Assembly: GCF_009914755.1 (NCBI RefSeq) | Contig: NC_060925.1 | Reading direction: 5' to 3' (one strand) | Origin: the human T2T-CHM13v2.0 reference genome, Homo sapiens | DNA: 64,000 nt | Program-made: the position numbers and the translations under genes | The notes under the pieces: model-generated | What the model saw: only the letters and a program-made list of their open reading frames with translations | Told to the model about the DNA's origin: nothing | Database searches by the model: none | Part shown: positions 1 to 12,400 of the stretch, piece after piece | Position numbering within the stretch: the stretch's first letter is position 1 | Layout of the letters: every line of letters begins with the position of its first letter

Positions 1-374
1 CGAATGGTCTCGATTGGAATCATTATCAAATGGAATCGAATGGAATCACCGAATAGAATCGAATGGAACAATCATCGAATGGACTCAAATGGAATTATCC
101 TCAAATGGAATCGAATGGAATTATCGAATGCAATCGAATGGAATTATCGAATGCAATCGAATAGAATCAACGAATGGACTCGAATGGAATCATCGAATGG
201 AATGGAATGGAACAGTCAATGAACTCGAATGGAATCATCATTGAATGGAATCGAATGGAATCATCGAGTGGAATCTAAAGGAATTATGACCAAATGGAAT
301 CGAATGTAATCATCATCAAATGGAATCAAAAATAAACATCATCAATTGGTATTGAATGGAATTGTCATCAAATG

Positions 375-2150
375 GAATTCAAAGGAATCATCATCAAATG
401 GAACCGAATGGAATCCTCATTGAATGGAAATGAAAGGGGTCATCATCTAATGGAATCGCATGGAATCATCATCAAATGGAATCGAATGGAATCATCATCA
501 AATGGAATCTAATGGAATCATTGAACAGAATTGAATGGAATAGTCATCGAATGAATTGAATGCAATCATCGAATGGTCTCGAATGGAATCATCTTCTAAT
601 GGAAAGGAATGGAATCATCGCATAGAATCGAATGGAATTATCATCGAATGGAATCGAATGATATCAACACCAAACGGAAAATAACGGAATTATCGAATGG
701 AATCGAAGAGAATCTTCGAACGGACCCGAATGGAATCATCTAATGGAATGGAATGGAATAATCCATGGACTCGAATGCAATCATCATCGAATGGAATCGA
801 ATGGAATCATCGAATGGACTCGAATGGAATAATCATTGAACGGAATCGAATGGAATCATCATCGGATGGAAACGAATGGAATCATCATCGAATGGAAATG
901 AAAGGAGTCATCATCTAATGGAATTGCATGGAATCATCATCAAATGGAATCGAATGGAATCAACATCAAATGGAATCAAATGGAATCATTGAACGGAATT
1001 GAATGGAATCGTCATCGAATGAATTGAATGCAATCATCGAATGGTCTCAAATGGAATCATCTTCAAATGGAATGGAATGGAATCATCGCATAGAATCGAA
1101 TGGAATTATCATCGAATGGAATCGAATGGAATCAACATCAAACGGAAAAAAACGGAATTATCGAATGGAATCGAAGAGAATCATCGAATGGACCCGAATG
1201 GAATCATCTAATGGAATGGAATGGAATAATCCATGGACTCGAATGCAATCATCATCGAATGGAATCGAATGGAATCATCGAATGGACTCGAATGGAATAA
1301 TCATTGAACGGAATCGAATGGAATCATCATCGGATGGAAATGAATGGAATCATCATCGAATGGAATCGAATAGAATTATGGAATGAAATCCAGGGTGATC
1401 ATCATCGAATGGACCCGAATGGAATCATCATCCAACGGAAGCTAATGGAATCAACATCGAATGAATCAAATGGAAACACCATCGAATTGAAACGAATGGA
1501 ATTATCATGAAATTGAAATGGATGGACTCATCATCGAATGGATTCGAATGGAATCATCGAATAAAATTGATTGAAATCATCATCGAATGGAATCGAATGG
1601 TATCATTGAATGGAATCGAATGGAATCATCCTCAGATGGAAATGAATGGAATCGTCATAGAATGGAATCGAATGGATTCATTGAATGGAATCAGATGGAA
1701 TCATCGAATGGACTGGAATGGAATCATTGAATGGACTCGAAAGGGATCATGATTGAATGGAATTGAATGGAATCATCGAATGGTCTCGATTGGAATCATT
1801 ATCAAATGGAATCGAATGGAATCACCGAATAGAATCGAATGGAACAATCATCGAATGGACTCAAATGGAATTATCCTCAAATGGAATCGAATGGAATTAT
1901 CGAATGCAATCGAATGGAATTATCGAATGCAATCGAATAGAATCATCGAATGGACTCGAATGGAATCATCGAATGGAATGGAATGGAACAGTCAATGAAC
2001 TCGAATGGAATCATCATTGAATGGAATCGAATGGAATCATCGAGTGGAATCGAATGGAATTATGATCAAATGGAATCGAATGTAATCATCATCAAATGGA
2101 ATCAAAAATAACCATCATCAATTGGTATTGAATGGAATTGTCATCAAATG
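375..2150 (+). repeat. Representative 1776-bp repeat unit (EcoRI to EcoRI), 1q12 D1Z1/HSat2A2-like 1.77-kb monomer
   Basis: GAATTC at 375 and 2151. Landmark ORFs recur every 1776 bp (3080, 4856, 6632, 8408 ... 19064). The ~1.77-kb EcoRI period is the established signature of chromosome 1 satellite 2; chromosome assignment is recalled, not aligned. Confidence 0.88.
425..1360 (+). repeat. Internal 468-bp direct duplication within each unit (sub-repeat A 425-892, sub-repeat B 893-1360)
   Basis: TGGAAATGAAAGGGGTCATCATCTAATGGAATCGCATGG at 425 vs TGGAAATGAAAGGAGTCATCATCTAATGGAATTGCATGG at 893. Paired 127-aa pseudo-ORFs lie 468 bp apart throughout (3638/4106, 7190/7658). Confidence 0.95.
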
Positions 2151-3477
2151 GAATTCAAAGGAATCATCATCAAATGGAACCGAATGGAATCCTCATTGAA
2201 TGGAAATGAAAGGGGTCATCATCTAATGGAATCGCATGGAATCATCATAAAATGGAATCGAATGGAATCAACATCAAATGGAATCAAATGGAATCATTGA
2301 ACGGAATTGAATGGAATCGTCATCGAATGAATTGGATGCAATCATCGAATGGTCTCGAATGGAATCTTCTTCAAATGGAATGGAATGGAATCATCGCATA
2401 GAATCGAATGGAATTATCATCGAATGGAATCGAATGGAATCAACATCAAACGGAAAAAAACGGAATTATCGAATGGAACCGAAGAGAATCATCGAATGGA
2501 CCCGAATGGAATCATCTAATAGAATGGAATGGAATAATCCATGGACTCGAATGCAATCATCATCGAATGGAATCGAATGGAATCATCGAATGGACTCGAA
2601 TGGAATAATCATTGAACGGAATCGATTGGAATCATCATCGGATGGAAACGAATGGAATCATCATCGAATGGAAATGAAAGGAGTCATCATCTAATGGAAT
2701 TGCATGGAATCATCATAAAATGGAATCGAATGGAATCAACATCAAATGGAATCAAATGGAATCATTGAACGGAATTGAATGGAATCGTCATCGAATGAAT
2801 TGACTGCAATCATCCAATGGTCTCGAATGGAATCATCTTCAAATGGAATGGAATGGAATCATCGCATAGAATCGAATGGAATTATCATCGAATGGAATCG
2901 AATGGAATCAACATCCAACGGAAAAAAACGGAATTATCGAATGGAATCGAAGAGAATCATCGAATGGACCCGAATGGAATCATCTAATGGAATGGAATGG
3001 AATAATCCATGGACTCGAATGCAATCATCATCGAATGGAATCGAATGGAATCATCGAATGGACTCGAAAGGGATCATGATTGAATGGAATTGAATGGAAT
3101 CATCGAATGGTCTCGATTGGAATCATTATCAAATGGAATCGAATGGAATCACCGAATAGAATCGAATGGAACAATCATCGAATGGACTCAAATGGAATTA
3201 TCCTCCAATGGAATGGAATGGAATTATCGAATGCAATCGAATGGAATTATCGAATGCAATCGAATAGAATCATCGAATGGACTCGAATGGAATCATCGAA
3301 TGGAATGGAATGGAACAGTCAATGAACTCGAATGGAATCATCATTGAATGGAATCGAATGGAATCATCGAGTGGAATCGAATGGAATTATGATCAAATGG
3401 AATCGAATGTAATCATCATCAAATGGAATCAAAAATAACCATCATCAATTGGTATTGAATGGAATTGTCATCAAATG
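2151..3477 (+). repeat. 1327-bp deletion-variant unit (449 bp missing, junction ~3068)
   Basis: EcoRI 2151 to 3478. At 3061 sub-repeat B runs directly into GACTCGAAAGGGATCATG, skipping the CCAGTGTG/AAGCTAATG segment. Confidence 0.92.
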
Positions 3478-6400
3478 GAATTCAAAGGAATCATCATCAA
3501 ATGGAACCGAATGGAATCCTCATTGAATGGAAATGAAAGGGGTCATCATCTAATGGAATCGCATGGAATCATCATCAAATGGAATCGAATGGAATCATCA
3601 TCAAATGGAATCTAATGGAATCATTGAACAGAATTGAATGGAATCGTCATCGAATGAATTGAATGCAATCATCGAATGGTCTCGAATGGATTCATCTTCT
3701 AATGGAAAGGAATGGAATCATCGCATAGAATCGAATGGAATTATCATCGAATGGAATCGAATGGTATCAACACCAAACGGAAAAAAACGGAATTATCGAA
3801 TGGAATCGAAGAGAATCTTCGAACGGACCCGAATGGAATCATCTAATGGAATGGAATGGAATAATCCATGGACTCGAATGCAATCATCATCGAATGGAAT
3901 CGAATGGAATCATCGAATGGACTCGAATGGAATAATCATTGAACGGAATCGATTGGAATCATCATCGGATGGAAACGAATGGAATCATCATCGAATGGAA
4001 ATGAAAGGAGTCATCATCTAATGGAATTGCATGGAATCATCATAAAATGGAATCGAATGGAATCAACATCAAATGGAATCAAATGGAATCATTGAACGGA
4101 ATTGAATGGAATCGTCATCGAATGAATTGACTGCAATCATCCAATGGTCTCGAATGGAATCATCTTCAAATGGAATGGAATGGAATCATCGCATAGAATC
4201 GAATGGAATTATCATCGAATGGAATCGAATGGAATCAACATCCAACGGAAAAAAACGGAATTATCGAATGGAATCGAAGAGAATCATCGAATGGACCCGA
4301 ATGGAATCATGTAATGGAATGGAATGGAATAATCCATGGACTCGAATGCAATCATCATCGAATGGAATCGAATGGAATCATCGAATGGACTCGAATGGAA
4401 TAATCATTGAACGGAATCGAATGGAATCATCATCGGATGGAAATGAATGGAATCATCATCGAATGGAATCGAATAGAATTATGGAATGAAATCCAGTGTG
4501 ATCATCATCGAATGGACCCGAATGGAATCATCATCCAACGGAAGCTAATGGAATCAACATCGAATGAATCAAATGGAAACACCATCGAATTGAAACGAAT
4601 GGAATTATCATGAAATTGAAATGGATGGACTCATCATCGAATGGATTCGAATGGAATCATCGAATAAAATTGATTGAAATCATCATCGAATGGAATCGAA
4701 TGGTATCATTGAATGGAATCGAATGGAATCATCATCAGATGGAAATGAATGGAATCGTCATAGAATGGAATCGAATGGATTCATTGAATGGAATCAGATG
4801 GAATCATCGAATGGACTGGAATGGAATCATTGAATGGACTCGAAAGGGATCATGATTGAATGGAATTGAATGGAATCATCGAATGGTCTCGATTGGAATC
4901 ATTATCAAATGGAATCGAATGGAATCACCGAATAGAATCGAATGGAACAATCATCGAATGGACTCAAATGGAATTATCCTCAAATGGAATCGAATGGAAT
5001 TATCGAATGCAATCGAATGGAATTATCGAATGCAATCGAATAGAATCATCGAATGGACTCGAATGGAATCATCGAATGGAATGGAATGGAACAGTCAATG
5101 AACTCGAATGGAATCATCATTGAATGGAATCGAATGGAATCATCGAGTGGAATCGAATGGAATTATGATCAAATGGAATCGAATGTAATCATCATCAAAT
5201 GGAATCAAAAATAACCATCATCAATTGGTATTGAATGGAATTGTCATCAAATGGAATTCAAAGGAATCATCATCAAATGGAACCGAATGGAATCCTCATT
5301 GAATGGAAATGAAAGGGGTCATCATCTAATGGAATCGCATGGAATCATCATAAAATGGAATCGAATGGAATCAACATCAAATGGAATCAAATGGAATCAT
5401 TGAACGGAATTGAATGGAATCGTCATCGAATGAATTGGATGCAATCATCGAATTGTCTCGAATGGAATCTTCTTCAAATGGAATGGAATGGAATCATCGC
5501 ATAGAATCGAATGGAATTATCATCGAATGGAATCGAATGGAATCAACATCAAACGGAAAAAAACGGAATTATCGAATGGAACCGAAGAGAATCATCGAAT
5601 GGACCCGAATGGAATCATCTAATAGAATGGAATGGAATAATCCATGGACTCGAATGCAATCATCATCGAATGGAATCGAATGGAATCATCGAATGGACTC
5701 GAATGGAATAATCATTGAACGGAATCGATTGGAATCATCATCGGATGGAAACGAATGGAATCATCATCGAATGGAAATGAAAGGAGTCATCATCTAATGG
5801 AATTGCATGGAATCATCATAAAATGGAATCGAATGGAATCAACATCAAATGGAATCAAATGGAATCATTGAACGGAATTGAATGGAATCGTCATCGAATG
5901 AATTGACTGCAATCATCCAATGGTCTCGAATGGAATCATCTTCAAATTGAATGGAATGGAATCATCGCATAGAAGCGAATGGAATTATCATCGAATGGAA
6001 TCGAATGGAATCAACATCCAACGGAAAAAAACGGAATTATCGAATGGAATCGAAGAGAATCATCGAATGGACCCGAATGGAATCATCTAATGGAATGGAA
6101 TGGAATAATCCATGGACTCGAATGCAATCATCATCGAATGGAATCGAATGGAATCATCGAATGGACTCGAATGAAATAATCATTGAACGGAATCGAATGG
6201 AATCATCATCGGATGGAAATGAATGGAATCATCATCGAATGGAATCGAATAGAATTATGGAATGAAATCCAGTGTGATCATCATCGAATGGACCCGAATG
6301 GAATCATCATCCAACGGAAGCTAATGGAATCAACATCGAATGAATCAAATGGAAACACCATCGAATTGAAACGAATGGAATTATCATGAAATTGAAATGG

Positions 6401-9400
6401 ATGGACTCATCATCGAATGGATTCGAAAGGAATCATCGAATAAAATTGATTGAAATCATCATCGAATGGAATCGAATGGTATCATTGAATGGAATCGAAT
6501 GGAATCATCATCAGATGGAAATGAATGGAATCGTCATAGAATGGAATCGAATGGATTCATTGAATGGAATCAGATGGAATCATCGAATGGACTGGAATGG
6601 AATCATTGAATGGACTCGAAAGGGATCATGATTGAATGGAATTGAATGGAATCATCGAATGGTCTCGATTGGAATCATTATCAAATGGAATCGAATGGAA
6701 TCACCGAATAGAATCGAATGGAACAATCATCGAATGGACTCAAATGGAATTATCCTCCAATGGAATCGAATGGAATTATCGAATGCAATCGAATGGAATT
6801 ATCGAATGCAATCGAATAGAATCATCGAATGGACTCGAATGGAATCATCGAATGGAATGGAATGGAACAGTCAATGAACTCGAATGGAATCATCATTGAA
6901 TGGAATCGAATGGAATCATCGAGTGGAATCGAATGGAAATATGATCAAATGGAATCGAATGTAATCATCATCAAATGGAATCAAAAATAACCATCATCAA
7001 TTGGTATTGAATGGAATTGTCATCAAATGGAATTCAAAGGAATCAATATCAAATGGAACCGAATGGAATCCTCATTGAATGGAAATGAAAGGGGTCATCA
7101 TCTAATGGAATCGCATGGAATCATCATCAAATGGAATCGAATGGAATCATCATCAAATGGAATCTAATGGAATCATTGAACAGAATTGAATGGAATCGTC
7201 ATCGAATGAATTGAATGCAATCATCGAATGGTCTCGAATGGAATCATCTTCTAATGGAAAGGAATGGAATCATCGCATAGAATCGAATGGAATTATCATC
7301 GAATGGAATCGAATGGCATCAACACCAAACGGAAAAAAACGGAATTATCGAATGGAATCGAAGAGAATCTTCGAACGGACCCGAATGGAATCATCTAATG
7401 GAATGGAATGGAATAATCCATGGACTCGAATGCAATCATCATCGAATGGAATCGAATGGAATCATCGAATGGACTCGAATGGAATAATCATTGAACGGAA
7501 TCGAATGGAATCATCATCGGATGGAAACGAATGGAATCATCATCGAATGGAAATGAAAGGAGTCATCATCTAATGGAATTGCATGGAATCATCATAAAAT
7601 GGAATCGAATGGAATCAACATCAAATGGAATCAAATGGAATCATTGAACGGAATTGAATGGAATCGTCATCGAATGAATTGACTGCAATCATCCAATGGT
7701 CTCGAATGGAATCATCTTCAAATGGAATGGAATGGAATCATCGCATAGAATCGAATGGAATTATCATCGAATGGAATCGAATGGAATCAACATCAAACGG
7801 AAAAAAACGGAATTATCGAATGGAATCGAAGAGAATCATCGAATGGACCCGAATGGAATCATCTAATGGAATGGAATGGAATAATCCATGGACTCGAATG
7901 CAATCATCATCGAATGGAATCGAATGGAATCATCGAATGGACTCGAATGGAATAATCATTGAACGGAATCGAATGGAATCATCATCGGATGGAAATGAAT
8001 GGAATCATCATCGAATGGAATCGAATAGAATTATGGAATGAAATCCAGTGTGATCATCATCGAATGGACCCGAATGGAATCATCATCCAACGGAAGCTAA
8101 TGGAATCAACATCGAATGAATCGAATGGAAACACCATCGAATTGAAACGAATGGAATTATCATGAAATTGAAATAGATGGACTCATCATCGAATGGATTC
8201 GAATGGAATCATCGAATAAAATTGATTGAAATCATCATCGAATGGAATCGAATGGTATCATTGAATGGAATCGAATGGAATCATCATCAGATGGAAATGA
8301 ATGGAATCGTCATAGAATGGAATCGAATGGATTCATTGAATGGAATCAGATGGAATCATCGAATGGACTGGAATGGAATCATTGAATGGACTCGAAAGGG
8401 ATCATGATTGAATGGAATTGAATGGAATCATCGAATGGTCTCGATTGGAATCATTATCAAATGGAATCGAATGGAATCACCGAATAGAATCGAATGGAAC
8501 AATCATCGAATGGACTCAAATGGAATTATCCTCAAATGGAATCGAATGGAATTATCGAATGCAATCGAATGGAATTTTCGAATGCAATCGAATAGAATCA
8601 TCGAATGGACTCGAATGGAATCATCGAATGGAATGGAATGGAACAGTCAATGAACACGAATGGAATCATCATTGAATGGAATCGAATGGAATCATCGAGT
8701 GGAATCGAATTGAATTATGATCAAATGGAATCGAATGTAATCATCATCAAATGGAATCAAAAATAACCATCATCAATTGCTATTGAATGGAATTGTCATC
8801 AAATGGAATTCAAAGGAATCATCATCAAATGGAACCGAATGGAATCCTCATTGAATGGAAATGAAAGGGGTCATCATCTAATGGAATCGCATGGAATCAT
8901 CATCAAATGGAATCAAATGGAATCATCATCAAATGGAATCTAATGGAATCATTGAACAGAATTGAATGGAATCGTCATCAAATGAATTGAATGCAATCAT
9001 CGAATGGTCTCGAATGGAATCATCTTCTAATGGAAAGGAATGGAATCATCGCATAGAATCGAATGGAATTATCATCGAATGGAATCGAATGGTATCAACA
9101 CCAAACGGAAAAAAACGGAATTATCGAATGGAATCGAAGAGAATCTTCGAACGGACCCGAATGGAATCATCTAATGGAATGGAATGGAATAATCCATGGA
9201 CTCGAATGCAATCATCATCGAATGGAATCGAATGGAATCATCGAATGGACTCGAATGGAATAATCATTGAACGGAATCGAATGGAATCATCATCGGATGG
9301 AAACGAATGGAATCATCATCGAATGGAAATGAAAGGAGTCATCATCTAATGCAATTGCATGGAATCATCATCAAATGGAATCGAATGGAATCAACATCAA

Positions 9401-12400
9401 ATCGAATCAAACGGAATCATTGAACGGAATTGAATGGAATCGTCATCGAATGAATTGACTGCAATCATCGAATGGTCTCGAATGGAATCATCTTCAAATG
9501 GAATGGAATGGAATCATCGCATAGAATCGAATGGAATTATCACCGAAAGCAATCGAATGGAATCAACATCCAACGGAAAAAAACGGAATTATCGAATGGA
9601 ATCGAAGAGAATCATCGAATGGACCCGAATGGAATCATCTAATGGAATGGAATGGAATAATCCATGGACTCGAATGCAATCATCATCGAATGGAATCGAA
9701 TGGAATCATCGAATGGACTCGAATGGAATAATCATTGAACGGAATAGAATGGAATCATCATCGGATGGAAATGAATGCAATCATCATCGAATGGAATCGA
9801 ATAGAATTATGGAATTAAATCCAGTGTGATCATCATCGAATGGACCCGAATGGAATCATCATCCAACGGAAGCTAATGGAATCAACATCGAATGAATCAA
9901 ATGGAAACACCATCGAATTGAAACGAATGGAATTATCATGAAATTGAAATGGATGGACTCATCATCGAATGGATTCGAAAGGAATCATCGAATAAAATTG
10001 ATTGAAATCATCATCGAATGGAATCGAATGGTATCATTGAATGGAATCGAATGGAATCATCATCAGATGGAAATGAATGGAATCGTCATAGAATGGAATC
10101 GAATGGATTCATTGAATGGAATCAGATGGAATCATCGAATGGACTGGAATGGAATCATTGAATGGACTCGAAAGGGATCATGATTGAATGGAATTGAATG
10201 GAATCATCGAATGGTCTCGATTGGAATCATTATCAAATGGAATCGAATGGAATCACCGAATAGAATCGAATGGAACAATCATCGAATGGACTCAAATGGA
10301 ATTATCCTCCAATGGAATCGAATGGAATTATCGAATGCAATCGAATGGAATTATCGAATGCAATCGAATAGAATCATCGAATGGACTCGAATGGAATCAT
10401 CGAATGGAATGGAATGGAACAGTCAATGAACTCGAATGGAATCATCATTGAATGGAATCGAATGGAATCATCGAGTAGAATCGAATGGAATTATGATCAA
10501 ATGGAATCGAATGTAATCATCATCAAATGGAATCAAAAATAACCATCATCAATTGGTATTGAATGGAATTGTCATCAAATGGAATTCAAAGGAATCAATA
10601 TCAAATGGAACCGAATGGAATCCTCATTGAATGGAAATGAAAGGGGTCATCATCTAATGGAATCGCATGGAATCATCATCAAATGGAATCGAATGGAATC
10701 ATCATCAAATGGAATCTAATGGAATCATTGAACAGAATTGAATGGAATCGTCATCGAAAGAATTGAATGCAATCATCGAATGGTCTCGAATGGAATCATC
10801 TTCTAATGGAAAGGAATGGAATCATCGCATAGAATCGAATGGAATTATCATCGAATGGAATCGAATGGTATCAACACCAAACGGAAAAAAACGGAATTAT
10901 CGAATGGAATCGAAGAGAATCTTCGAACGGACCCGAATGGAATCATCTAATGGAATGGAATGGAATAATCCATGGACTCGAATGCAATCATCATCGAATG
11001 GAATGGAATGGAATCATCGAATGGACTCGAATGGAATAATCATTGAACGGAATCGATTGGAATCATCATCGGATGGAAACGAATGGAATCATCATCGAAT
11101 GGAAATGAAAGGAGTCATCATCTAATGGAATTGCATGGAATCATCATAAAATGGAATCGAATGGAATCAACATCAAATGGAATCAAAAGGAATCATTGAA
11201 CGGAATTGAATGGAATCGTCATCGAATGAATTGACTGCAATCATCCAATGGTCTCGAATGGAATCATCTTCAAATGGAATGGAATGGAATCATCGCATAG
11301 AATCGAATGGAATTATCATCGAATGGAATCGAATGGAATCAACATCAAACGGAAAAAAACGGAATTATCGAATGGAATCGAAGAGAATCATCGAATGGAC
11401 CCGAATGGAATCATCTAATGGAATGGAATGGAATAATCCATGGACTCGAATGCAATCATCATCGAATGGAATCGAATGGAATCATCGAATGGACTCGAAT
11501 GGAATAATCATTGAACGGAATCGAATGGAATCATCATCGGATGGAAATGAATGGAATCATCATCGAATGGAATCGAATAGAATTATGGAATGAAATCCAG
11601 TGTGATCATCATCGAATGGACCCGAATGGAATCATCATCCAACGGAAGCTAATGGAATCAACATCGAATGAATCAAATGGAAACACCATCGAATTGAAAC
11701 GAATGGAATTATCATGAAATTGAAATGGATGGACTCATCATCGAATGGATTCGAAAGGAATCATCGAATAAAATTGATTGAAATCATCATCGAATGGAAT
11801 CGAATGGTATCATTGAATGGAATCGAATGGAATCATCATCAGATGGAAATGAATGGAATCGTCATAGAATGGAATCGAATGGATTCATTGAATGGAATCA
11901 GATGGAATCATCGAATGGACTGGAATGGAATCATTGAATGGACTCGAAAGGGATCATGATTGAATGGAATTGAATGGAATCATCGAATGGTCTCGATTGG
12001 AATCATTATCAAATGGAATCGAATGGAATCACCGAATAGAATCGAATGGAACAATCATCGAATGGACTCAAATGGAATTATCCTCCAATGGAATCGAATG
12101 GAATTATCGAATGCAATCGAATGGAATTATCGAATGCAATCGAATAGAATCATCGAATGGACTCGAATGGAATCATCGAATGGAATGGAATGGAACAGTC
12201 AATGAACTCGAATGGAATCATCATTGAATGGAATCGAATGGAATCATCGAGTGGAATCGAATGGAAATATGATCAAATGGAATCGAATGTAATCATCATC
12301 AAATGGAATCAAAAATAACCATCATCAATTGGTATTGAATGGAATTGTCATCAAATGGAATTCAAAGGAATCAATATCAAATGGAACCGAATGGAATCCT

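Noticed and set aside
1559-1566. AATAAA polyadenylation-like hexamer once per full unit
   Set aside because: It is expected by chance in A-rich satellite, and there is no transcript evidence available from sequence alone.
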